Positions 10,201 through 20,977 of a stretch of DNA of 20,977 nucleotides are shown one piece after another; position 1 is the stretch's first letter, and the number at the start of each line of letters is the position of its first letter. The DNA is from Ginkgo biloba (taxonomy: Eukaryota; Plantae; Ginkgophyta). The notes beneath the pieces were generated by a model. That model worked only from the letters and a program-made list of their open reading frames with translations. It made no database searches and had not been told where the DNA came from. The stretch spans positions 16,712,566-16,733,542 of the forward strand of contig JANKJI020000004.1 in assembly GCA_024626585.2 (NCBI GenBank), written 5' to 3'. Position numbers and translations under genes: made by a program.

Positions 10201-12099
10201 TAAATAAAAATGTAGTATTAAAATTATTTCTAATGAAAATCCAATTTCTCTATATTAACAAGGGTTCCCTAAGTTATCTAGAAAAATTATGATTCTATCC
10301 AGGCTTGGGAGGACTATTATGGACTTGTAAATTTATCAAACCCTTAGTTAAAAATTTTAAAAACTTGGTATTCATGCTCCACTTTATAAGGGGGATATAT
10401 TTGTAAATCAAGGCACAAGCTTAGGGATTAAAAAGGTTGAATCTAGTCAATGTAATTCATTTCACTTATCACTTTAATATTAATGTGGCTAATTATTTGG
10501 TAGAAATTTTACCATATTCAATTATTAGAAGTTATGTTATTTTGTGTGTACATTAAGATTCCTATGTTTTGGTGAATAAAAGNNNNNNNNNNNNNNNNNN
10601 NNNTTCCCAAGTACATACATTGGGAAGACTTGTATTCCATCAATAAGATAAAGTGTTATGTGGTATACAAATAGGATAAATAGCCTCATAGTATTTCTCT
10701 CATGTGATGATGTTTTAAATACATTATGTCCTTATCTTTAAGAATTGACAACTCAATCAATAGGTATATTCTTTAGTCCTAATAGATGTAGGGAATTAGT
10801 TTAGTCATAATTGAATCAAACTCTTGATCTATTCCATAATTACATAAGTTTCTCTAAGAATTTGAGAGAGCACANNNNNNNNNNNNNNNNNNNNNNNNNN
10901 NNNNNNNNNNNNNNNNNNNNNNNNNNNNNNNNNNNNNNNNNNNNNNNNNNNNNNNNNNNNNNNNNNNNNNNNNNNNNNNNNNNGCACTTAGTTAGTAATT
11001 ATTTTATAAATGAGACTTTTTGTTCCATACTTGACATGGTTTTCTAAATATTAATACTTTAGGGAGAGTTGATTTCTTTCTATAGTTTATTAGAAGGTAG
11101 AACAAAACACCTAATATCCCCAACCCATATTATTTTCATGCTTGATTATCATATATTGAATCAACCTAACGGGGCTGATATATCAATCTTAAACTACATA
11201 ACTACATGTGGATGTATGTCCTNNNNNNNNNNNNNNNNNNNNNNNNNNNNNNNNNNNNNNNNNNNNNNNNNNNNNNNNNNNNNNNNNNNNNNNNNNNNNN
11301 NNNNNNNNNNNNNNNNNNNNNNCATTCTTGTGTTCAGTTTCTGTGGTTGTGTGAAGAAGGTTCATAGCATAATTGAGCATGGCAAACACTTCATTCCCCA
11401 CCAATTAAACTAGGCAATTATATAGAATTGATAAAAATCAAGTGCAACCTCCTAAAGGAAAGCGTCAAGCACCAAATAGGTACAAATGCACGTATGAAGT
11501 AGATAAAGGGGCACTAGTCGAACATGTTGAAACATTGGTTCAATAGTACTAAGACAACCTTATCCAAGATGAATTGTAAACCGAAATAATAAATGGAAAA
11601 GCACAAAGATAGTAGACCCAAGGGGCTCTTCAAGTACATGTTAGCCAATGCTTTGAGGAAAATGCATCAAGAGGAAACTTGTTATGAACCTAGGATCTCA
11701 CAAATCCCAAAAGATGGTCCTACCACTACCATCTACAACTTCAACGACCCATATAGGATTAACTATGGCCCCATTTTAAGAGTACATAAGGGCATTCACA
11801 AACTCATTTGTAATCATCAATTTACAAACCTTCCATAGAGCATTTAGTCAACGTCTTTGGAAAAGCCTCTCTTTTAAGTGAGATTAACAACATTTTCGGT
11901 CTTTAGTTATTTTTATGGTCGAAGCACTTGATATCCTGTCTACAGTGGGCAATTGTTATCACATGGCAATCTCTAGAGAATGTTATTATTGTTGTTTTTA
12001 GTATTATAATAAGTTGTAGAACCATCAACACTAATTGCACATGGAATGTAAGGCAAACAATAACTCCATATACAACTCATCATGCTTCTCTTCTTTTCC

Positions 12100-12600
12100 T
12101 TCATAACTATAGATTTGGCAAAAATTTGGTAGCAACTTGTACATTTGATTGATAATATTATACTCTTTTAGATGCATGTTGTGAAACTAGATTTTGATAT
12201 GTAATTATATATTTCCTATCTATATGCATAAGAGAAGCTTGATAATGATTGGTACGTATGCTTTTTCTAAGATCCCTTCAATGCTTGTGAAGGCAATATT
12301 GTTGAGGATTTGGATTTAGAGAATGAAATACCCCTTTAAGGTACATGAGGCACATTGTAGAATGTGATTGATGGAGATGCGCAAGTTTTGTTTGCTTTAG
12401 TCTTGGCAAAGGGAGATCCATTTGATATGATGAACGAATGTATATGTGATATGTTCATTCATCTAAAGTGAAGGGACATTCCCAAAAAATGTTTAACCAA
12501 CAATTACATGCAAATTGTTGTGCTCCCTTTAGGTCTGCTAAAAGGAAGCCTCCATCAATGTTTAGCTTGCTTGAATCTTCCAAACCTATTTTGCTTTTAA
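12100..12600 (-). mobile_element. Possible highly decayed LINE RNase H-like (RVT_3) relic; boundaries approximate
   Basis: Minus strand 12568-12545 reads KLNIDGGF, similar to the KLNxDGA first catalytic motif of plant LINE RNase H. An IEG-like stretch follows near 12280. Multiple stops and frameshifts. Confidence 0.3.
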
Positions 12601-14325
12601 CAATTTGAATGATAAACAAGATGCAACATGAGATAATCGATTTGTATTGTTTCTACTATACATTTTAATTTCATATCCTAGCAACTAGTTGGGAGCATCC
12701 AAACCAAGATGCCACCCTACATCATCCATAAGGGAACCCCACTCCCTTACAAACAAGCATCTCCCTTAAGTGTCTTCCAAAATCTATCCACACTACTTTT
12801 GGATAAACAAAATCCTTCCTCTCCAGTTGACAGTTTTTAGAATCCACCCTTCCCATAAATTGGCCACTCAAGCCGCCCATCTAGGCCATATAAAAGTCTT
12901 ATAATCATTATGACTTTATTCCCACCCTTTGCCTAATCCTAACCAAAGCTCAAGTAGGTGCCCACAAAATAACACATAAAGCATCCAACCCTCCATGCAA
13001 GTAATGCAAATAACCATATAACATTGTCAATCAATGGGGTAGACTTTATATTAATTTGCAATTGCAAAACACTATTAGAAACTCATAAGACCTACTTAAA
13101 CAATAATATAATGACCTTAGACCACTAGGTACTGAGTCAAAGGTAACCAACTAGGATCTAGGCCCTTTTGTAGTGTCGTCATTAACTATCTGGCCTTTTA
13201 TAGTCTTAGCTTCTACTATTCTGACTTTCTGCACATCATCTTTAGCTACTCTACAATTGGTTCTCGAATTTCAAAAGCATTTGGATAAGCACAATATGTG
13301 TGTGGGCTTGTGAAAAAGAGTGAAGGCAAAGAGGTTGAGGAGTAGCCTCAAAGTCTACAAGTTGTTGATGNNNNNNNNNNNNNNNNNNNNNNNNNNNNNN
13401 NNNNNNNNNNNNNNNNNNNNNNNNNNNNNNNNNNNNNNNNNNNNNNNNNNNNNNNNNNNNNNNNNNNNNNCTAGGTTGACAAATGACTTAAAATAATGGT
13501 CCAACAATAGGAGATAAACCTCATTAATAGTATGAAGTAAAAACTTTTCTCCCTTTACCACAGAATTGACATAGAACCCCCAACCACAACACTTTCGAAC
13601 TTGAACAAAACGAAGCAATTCCCTCCTTAGCTAATATCATTGTGCCCAGCTTATATGTAATGTCCCAAGGATAGGAACACTTGTTTTCAACAGATAGAAA
13701 CATCTTTGTATTCTTGCCAAGATCCATATCGACTTGCACTTTTTTGCTTTTGCAAAGTTACTAATTTTTATCAAATTTTGCTGAATTAATCGATTAATTC
13801 CTAATATCGATGCCAATTGGCATCATGACTCATGCTAAGCACATCATATTCTTGTACACTACATAAGACGTTCATGACGTAAATAAAGACATATCATGAT
13901 CACAAAAGGACAAGCTGATGTAAAGTGATAATCAGGAGAAAACCAACCTGATCCAATATCCCTGCATACGACATTAGGGACATAAAACATGTGTAACCAA
14001 CTTTGGGAATCCAAAATTCTGTAACTAAACATGCTGAATTGTTCTCAATAAATATTATAACACAACCACTGGAAGGGATTAGCCACATAGAAAAGATGCA
14101 AGATTTACAAATTTAATCCCACTCGTGAAACTTACTACTACTTGAGCATGTACATGTCTAATTCTTAAGGCCCTTGCAAACACATCAAAAGATTTTCATA
14201 TTGAAGACCATCAGCCACCAAAGAAAATGTGTCCAAATAAAACACTAGGACTAACAATTTCAAATCAAGAACAGATATGATTAAATATAAATTGCTCAAT
14301 AATTGCTCTATTAATTGAATAAGGC

Positions 14326-14577
14326 CTATGCATTGGTACTTTCACCTCTCCAAGGTGGATAATTGTATTTATCATCACCACCCCTCGAGGCTTNNNNNNN
14401 NNNATATTCATATGCCTCTTCTAAACCATAACTCTCTCCAAAATACTTATCTACCAGCCCATTTGCCATGTTCCTCAGATCTTCGTTCTCATGAAACTGA
14501 AATATCTCCATAGCAGCGATTCCATCCTCGTTTTCCACAAGCTTTGGACCTTGTCCATTTGGCAACCCACGCATAAC
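14326..14577 (-). CDS. IMPA9: Importin subunit alpha-9, last coding exon
   Basis: Acceptor CTTCTTTTCAAAG| then VMRGLPNGQGPKLVENEDGIAAMEIFQFHENEDLRNMANGLVDKYFGESYGLEE. This matches the recalled plant IMPA9 C-terminus (VLRGMPNGEGPKLVE.EDGIDAMERFQFHENE.LR.MAN.LVDKYFGEDYG). TAG at 14328-14326. A 10-N gap at 14394-14403 makes the frame of the tail uncertain. Confidence 0.9.
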   Translation of the reverse strand, partial: VMRGLPNGQGPKLVENEDGIAAMEIFQFHENEDLRNMANGLVDKYFGESYGLEEAYEYXXXXASRGGDDKYNYPPWRGESTNA

Positions 14578-15634
14578 CTTTGAAAAGAAGTACATCAAAT
14601 TTAACCACAGCTCTGGTCAACCAAGTTGCCTCAACAATCAAGGCTTTGGAAATGGAAAATTTTGAATTTTGCTCATAACATAGGTTCTGAATTCTGAACA
14701 AGTTTGCAGGAACAAATAAGTACAGCAATGAAAAATGATGTTGCAAGTTTTCACAAGAAGGGGATGAAGGTAGGAAGCACCATCTTGCTAACTAAGTTAA
14801 AATCTTGGTACTTCACATGCACAGGACTTGAGCAAGGAACAATGAACTGCATTTCACATTTTGGGAAAACTTAGCTTACTACTGAGAACATTGTTATGGC
14901 ATCCAAATAACATCATTGAGTTGGTATTCTATGGATGGTGCTGTTCACAATAAATAGAACTACATGATGTGAATGGCATGCAAATAATTTTGACGAGAAG
15001 ATCTTCAATTTCCATGCTCACTCTTCCGAAACAATGATATAGATCACTAAATATCTGCAAAAAGAATTAGACCTGAAGATGAAGTTACGACACACTCCAT
15101 GTTGCAGTTCTAAGATAAAATTCCTAAGTAATATCTATGGTATATGTTTCATTAGCAATCTTACCCAGCAGTTAACAATTTGAAATTCAGTTTTGGAGGA
15201 AAATCCTATATGCAAATTTAGTATGTAGATTAGTAACTATGAAATACTAATACTGAGTTGGATGGTAGGGCAACCTTGAAAGATCGACTCCCTGAAAGCT
15301 TTGAAGAGTTAATGGTAAGAACAAAACAATTGAATTGATTGAATGAATGGATGAGTACACTGGTGAGCCTATAAGCATATATAGGCCTAGTATCAAAAAA
15401 TACCTCGAATATGCACCTTTTCAACCATATGCCCCTTTGACTAATTGGCTAACAATTTAAATTAGTTATGCATGCCATTCTTTAGCAAAATGTTTTGCCC
15501 TCAAAGCACAACGAAAATGGATGGATGTTATTGTCAATGTATAACAACCCTATAATTCACCAAAAAGTTATATGCACTTATTGGTTGCATGCAATATTTA
15601 GAACAATCTGTGCTTGATTAACAACTAGTGATGT

Positions 15635-15920
15635 CTCCATGAGTTTCTATCCTTGGATTGGGCAACTCGTTGTGATGGCCAAATCCACCTTCATGGTTAT
15701 ATGCTCCTGAGAATGCAATGTCCGTATACAATGTGTACCTATATTTGTTAGCATAGACCAACAATATGATGGTGCTCATATGACTTTGCTATTAGAATAA
15801 GTGGCAGCTACTAAGATAACATTGATATCTACATAATTAAAGAAATTGTATATTGCTTCTATTTTTCTACATTGTTCTCCTTTGTCACAAGGAACGTAAC
15901 CACAATTTGTGATCTCTTGC
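15635..15920 (+). pseudogene. Possible highly degenerate receptor-like kinase fragment
   Basis: Co-linear motifs: LHEFLSLDWATR (15635-15670); HGY[AT-]APENAMS with a 1-nt deletion (15692-15723); LLE near 15790; IVLLC..ER (15871-15897). Spacing is much shorter than in a real kinase. Confidence 0.3.
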
Positions 15921-17911
15921 CTCAAAGTTTTGATGTTTTGAACAAATTTTGACCTTAGCTTTTGGTGTAGAATGGTTACAAAAATGGTAAGAGTAAAGTC
16001 CCTCGTGAGTGTCTATGTTTGTGTCAAAAATATTTCAAGTTTGATCAGGAGTTCAAAAGGGTCCTTCCTATAAGATCAACAAATTTCAATGTAGCACTCA
16101 ACACATTTCTATGGTGTAACAACCTGCTCTCCTCCTCCTACAAGACAACCTCAAGAAACTTGCATTATTATTGAAAAATGCAATACAAAGTGAGGTGATT
16201 TCAATCAATTCCTTAGAAAGAAAAATAGATGTATTTAATGTGCACTAACTATGCATGCAGCAGTAGTACANNNNNNNNNNNNNNNNNNNNNNNNNNNNNN
16301 NNNNNNNNNNNNNNNNNNNNNNNNNNNNNNNNNNNNNNNNNNNNNNNNNNNNNNNNNNNNNNNNNNNNNNNNNNNNNNNNNNNNNNNNNNNNNNNNNNNN
16401 NNNNNNNNNNNNNNNNNNNNNNNNNNNNNNNNNNNNNNNNNNNNNNNNNNNNNNNNNNNNNNNNNNNNNNNNNNNNNNNNNNNNNNNNNNNNNNNNNNNN
16501 NNNNNNNNNNNNNNNNNNNNNNNNNNNNNNNNNNNNNNNNNNNNNNNNNNNNNNNNNNNNNNNNNNNNNNNNNNNNNNNNNNNNNNNNNNNNNNNNNNNN
16601 NNNNNNNNNNNNNNNNNNNNNNNNNNNNNNNNNNNNNNNNNNNNNNNNNNNNNNNNNNNNNNNNNNNNNNNNNNNNNNNNNNNNNNNNNNNNNNNNNNNN
16701 NNNNNNNNNNNNNNNNNNNNNNNNNNNNNNNNNNNNNNNNNNNNNNNNNNNNNNNNNNNNNNNNNNNNNNNNNNNNNNNNNNNNNNNNNNNNNNNNNNNN
16801 NNNNNNNNNNNNNNNNNNNNNNNNNNNNNNNNNNNNNNNNNNNNNNNNNNNNNNNNNNNNNNNNNNNNNNNNNNNNNNNNNNNNNNNNNNNNNNNNNNNN
16901 NNNNNNNNNNNNNNNNNNNNNNNNNNNNNNNNNNNNNNNNNNNNNNNNNNNNNNNNNNNNNNNNNNNNNNNNNNNNNNNNNNNNNNNNNNNNNNNNNNNN
17001 NNNNNNNNNNNNNNNNNNNNNNNNNNNNNNNNNNNNNNNNNNNNNNNNNNNNNNNNNCTAAGGGTACACTTCTAGGATTCTAATCCACCCTTTGCCTGAG
17101 ATTAGAACCCCATGTGAAAAAAGTATTAATCAGAAAATCAATTCTATCCTATATTGCAGAAAAACAATCTATGCATTCATTCTAGAAACAATAAATAAAG
17201 AATTATTGTGCAAGAAAAACTTACAGCGATGTAAGCTTGCCTTGAGAAATTGATTGAGGGTACCTTCTAAAATGAGAAAGANNNNNNNNNNNNNNNNNNN
17301 NNAAACTTTGGCTCCTTCCAATGTAGTGACTGATCTGCAATGCAAAATTGAGCACTATACTCGTGCATAACAAAGTTGCTATCCCTCCAAAAAAATGCAA
17401 CAAATTATAATGGTTTGTTGGGCCTCCCTAAGCACTAAAATTTCCTTTTGATCCCTTAGATCAAGTTGCCCTCCAACAAGGAATAGTTTTGAGCAATTAC
17501 AATATGCAAAATGGAAACAGAAATGATAAATGATGAAGGTCCAAGTCCATCTATGAAAGAAGCCAACAGTGCCCAACTGTAGCAACTCCAAAGAGAGAAT
17601 TAGAAGTAGTGTTGAAAGTACTCCATGAGAAAAAAAAGGGCCTTGGCAAAAGAATAGTAAGAATGTCTTCAAGGGCACCTAAGCCAAACATGACTTCTTA
17701 AATACCATAAAGAAGGCACAATACACTACATAAGGGCTTGCTCGTCCTTGAAGTTGCCTTCGTATCTCAAGGAACCCTTATGGCCTCTCATTAGGCACCC
17801 CTAACTAAAATGCCTCTAAGGTAATTATAGGTATTATGGCAATAAAATGGAAATATAACCTTAATGAACATATAATAGTATAGGAGCATAATGTCTTTTT
17901 CTATAGGATTG

Positions 17912-18710
17912 GAATACAATACATTTAAGGTCATTGAAATGAAAGATGGCCATTCATTTACATCGAACCAAAGTAGGTGCCTACATCTTAGGATTAGTGG
18001 AGAAGATTAACAAAAATATAGGAAAATTTGAAAGATAGGAGAAAAAATATGAATTTGGAGTAGCGGACGGCATGATGTTGGGAGCTCAAAGACCTGAAAA
18101 TAAGGAGTTAACTTCTTTTTATTAATAAAGNNNNNNNNNNNNNNNNNNNNNNNNNNNNNNNNNNNNNNNNNNNNNNNNNNNNNNNNNNNNNNNNNNNNNN
18201 NNNNNNNNNNNNNNNNNNNNNNNNNNNNNNATTAACATAATGGTTATGGCAATTACTACAATCACTGGTATAACCATTTACAACTACCACTAAAAGGAAG
18301 TGTTTTCATTATGAAAAAAATGGACATTTAGCCATTGAGTATTGGCACAATAAGAATAGATCTATTCTAATTTTAAGAGGTGGATCATCCAATTTTAGAG
18401 GAAGAGAAAGTTATAATAATAGAGAATGAAATAACAACAATAATTCTCAAAGGGACAATTCCACAACAACTCAATGAAGTATGAGTAACAAAAGGAAGAG
18501 AATAAAGGGGCTTATATATTAATGGCAATAACCCATGAATAACAAGATAATACTCAGTACCTAGATAGTGGATGTTTAAGACATATGACATCCAACAAAT
18601 AAATATTTACATATTTAACCAAGGAAGGGGGTGATTAAATAGTAATCCTTGGGCATAATATAGAAAATCAATCTAAAGGAAGTGGATCAATTGAGATCTA
18701 ATTGGATAAT
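17912..18710 (+). mobile_element. Decayed Ty1/copia LTR retrotransposon gag-zinc knuckle-protease region
   Basis: Gag-like FKVIEMKDGHS, LRISGED and ELKDL (17912-18096). Degenerate zinc knuckle CFHYEKNGHLAIEYW (18301-18345). Copia protease motif YLDSGCLRHMTS (18558-18593), then VILGHN...KGSGSIEI. Stops and frameshifts present. Confidence 0.8.
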
Positions 18711-19186
18711 AGAAAGAAAACTAATTGCTTCAAAATGACATAATTGAAACGGATAGCACTCTTGCTCGCCTCACAAAGGTCTATTCAAGCATGAAAATAA
18801 TGTCACAAGAAGTAAAACACAAAAAGAGGAGTTTCAAGGTTGTGGTGACACATAAATAAGCTTCTAATCTAAGTGAGTATGTATTCTAATTGTAATTGAT
18901 CGTGTAACTAGCTAGCAGTAGGAAAAACCGTTCTTAAGCACTTATTGAATAAGCTAAAACTCTTTCAAGGTCAAAAATAGTAGGCCAAATCCTAAAAGAA
19001 CATTTTTGGCCTCAATAAATTCAAAATTTAAATCACAACTCCAATAATTTCTTTAGTTTCAAGAAATTATCTTCAATGATTTTCTTAAAGCTTCTCTAGC
19101 ATGTCAAACCCCTCCAAAGTGCAATAATTGCAAAGAAAACACTTTTAGAACACAAAAAGAATGGTGCAAACCCTCACTGTTAGAAT

Positions 19187-19262
19187 ATTAATGTTTACTT
19201 CATATTTACTCAATGTACTTTATGTTCACTTAATGAATTATGTACTTGTGTACTTAATGTAC
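19187..19262. repeat. Degenerate AT-rich tandem repeat (TACTTAATG-like unit)
   Basis: Recurring TACTT/AATGTAC units, e.g. tactcaatgtactttatg, cacttaatg, tacttaatgtac. Confidence 0.45.
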
Positions 19263-19279
19263 CTAGTATTAATGATTTC

Positions 19280-19362
19280 CAAGGTTACTGGGTGCGCGAA
19301 CCCCGAATGCACCCCACACCGGGTGCGCAGGTACAGGGTCGGGTGCGCCTGCGGGCGCACCC
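19280..19362. mobile_element. GC-rich palindromic array, possibly the terminus/subterminal region of a non-autonomous DNA transposon
   Basis: Abrupt GC island after CAAGGTTACT. GGGTGCGC at 19290, 19321 and 19341, inverted copy GCGCACCC at 19355. Truncated by an N gap, so no second TIR or TSD is visible. Confidence 0.4.
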
Positions 19363-19462
19363 NNNNNNNNNNNNNNNNNNNNNNNNNNNNNNNNNNNNNN
19401 NNNNNNNNNNNNNNNNNNNNNNNNNNNNNNNNNNNNNNNNNNNNNNNNNNNNNNNNNNNNNN

Positions 19463-20012
19463 ATGTCATTTTGCATGGCACACTTCTTCAACATTACCTC
19501 CATTTAGGACCACGTTGTTATCTATTGCCTCTTGCCATCTTCAATCTTCATTTGAACTCCATGCCACCACTCCTCAAGGAGTCCTTTGAGAGCAAAAGCA
19601 AAACCATAGTTACCTTGTGTTCTTCCAATATGTTAAACGGAGGAAAAGAATGTTTCAACCACCATCACCCATGACCGAAAAGATGACCCCATGGCTTGTC
19701 CATTATAATCCAGTATCTAAACATTCTTTAATCGATTTTTTGTCTGAAGCAATTTCCACTCCTACTGGCTTCTTTTATGCTTAGGTTCTCAATCATCAGA
19801 ACCCTTCATTTACTCTTCAACCTCCACATCTTCAAGATCAAAAGGCTTTTGATCAACCAATTCCACTAGAGGCTCTCTTGTCATTTCTTGCTCACCTTAC
19901 TTCCTTTTATGCTTGTAAGTCAAGATGGAGTTTTCCAGTTTCTTCCTCTCTTCTTCCATTGCTTAATTTTTGCCTCCATGGATTCCAACTTCTTCAAAAT
20001 TTCAAATTCCAT
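19463..20012 (-). mobile_element. Decayed Ty3/gypsy gag (Retrotrans_gag-like, possibly chromovirus/CRM-type)
   Basis: ATG at 20012, just downstream of the PBS. Translation includes ILDYNGQAMGSSFRSWVMVVETFF...KVTMVFAFALKGLLEEWWHGVQ...GKRQ*ITTWS*MEVMLKK, fitting the gypsy gag pattern. Several stops and a frameshift. Confidence 0.75.
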
Positions 20013-20036
20013 TTTTGGAATCTTTCACTCCCCCGG

Positions 20037-20048
20037 GCTCTGATACCA
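20037..20048 (-). promoter_or_regulatory. Primer-binding site complementary to initiator Met-tRNA 3' end
   Basis: Minus strand reads ...GCTACA-G-TGGTATCAGAGC: the canonical PBS 1 nt after an LTR-type CA end. Confidence 0.88.
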
Positions 20049-20049
20049 C

Positions 20050-20878
20050 TGTAGCAATCCAACATTGTAAACTTGCAATGCAAGGAACTTTAGACTTCCA
20101 AAATATATGTTATAACAAAGATAGAGACAAGGCACCTTGCATTGAGTAAACAAAATTAAATTTTAGTTATAAAAATGCAACTCGATATGCATACATTGTA
20201 GATATTTATTTATGTTAAGTTATGTTAATAAAAAATACAATACAGTTTATTTACAAGTTTCAACAAAAGAAATTGTTTGACCAGGGTCGACTTGTAGTAC
20301 GAACCTCATCTGCCTATTGGGCATGGGGATCACCTAAAAGTGCCTACTATGTGGGCAATCAAACCTTTGGTGTGGAACATACTATCCATCAACCCCTAGC
20401 AGTTATTAATGCTTTGTTGGACTCCATCCCATAAACCCACACTACTATGGGTGCCAAGTATAGGTTTCTTTCGACCCATCTTTGACACTGGGATAATCCT
20501 AACATCTACGGTATTCATCCCAACTAATAGCTTATTTATTTATATCACTTTTTCGTATCAAACCCTAGGGCAACAACAACAAACCCTAGACCAAAAAATA
20601 ATGGATATTGTCAACAAACCCTAGGGCTGTAATAATAGACCCAACAACTAATAAACAGAGAGTAATATGAAGCAATTAGTCCACTCTCACCAAGTATCTT
20701 TCAATCCACTACCAATTAGCCCAAATATGTACATGCTTAGGGCAAAATAAAGCCTCAAACAGGGGTGCCCTTACTTAGGGACTCCAATTCCCTGACGGGA
20801 CTTTAGTTGAAGCAAACTGCCATAGACACGTCTCTAAGGTTTCCGTGGTCAAGTCGGGCATATTTTTGTATCTTTACA
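20050..20878 (-). mobile_element. 5' LTR of the gypsy element (inner end firm, outer end tentative)
   Basis: Inner end CA abuts the PBS at 20050. Minus-strand TATAAATA at 20544-20537. A candidate outer TGTA start at 20878 is only a guess because no second LTR is visible. Confidence 0.55.
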
Positions 20879-20977
20879 AATATAATCAAATTTATGCAAT
20901 TATTACGATTATCTACCATCATAAGAGCATTATTTACACACAAATGCAACCATTTAACCTCTTTACCAGTGGCGCTC

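Larger units (their letters stand above)
14578..20977 (-). other. Presumed last intron of IMPA9 (>6.4 kb, extends beyond the window)
   Basis: Acceptor AG at 14579-14578. I found no upstream IMPA9 exon in the visible sequence, although one could lie in the N-gaps (e.g. ~16271-17058). Confidence 0.55.

Noticed and set aside
7500-11900. Suspected decayed LINE ORF2 on the minus strand
   Set aside because: Only vague motif resemblances; no clear endonuclease or RT motif could be read by eye.
1-20977. CRISPR array, prokaryotic operon, tRNA or rRNA genes
   Set aside because: No regularly spaced repeats or structural RNA signatures; the content is spliceosomal plant nuclear DNA.

Overview
Gappy, AT-rich eukaryotic scaffold from a land plant. 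The long TE-filled intron and gene style suggest a large-genome seed plant such as a gymnosperm (inference). Left end, + strand: a NAM/CUC/NAC100-clade NAC transcription factor locus. It shows the 3' part of exon 2 (98-190) and two clearly diverged copies of the terminal exon 3. Copy A (807-1005) runs into a 100-N gap exactly at the miR164 site. Copy B (1959-2969) has a complete miR164 site but an in-frame TGA at the conserved Arg of NAC subdomain E. The middle (~3.4-14.3 kb) is mostly unannotatable, decayed, AT-rich sequence with a possible LINE RNase H relic. Convergent on the - strand is the last coding exon of importin alpha-9 (14326-14577). Its presumed >6.4 kb last intron contains a possible receptor-kinase relic, a decayed Ty1/copia gag-protease, a GC-rich palindromic array, and a decayed Ty3/gypsy gag with Met-tRNA PBS and LTR. 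I see no evidence for a new multi-gene system. The most interesting item is the duplicated, partly broken, miR164-targeted NAC terminal exon, and its interpretation depends on closing an assembly gap. All family assignments come from recognised motifs; no searches were run.
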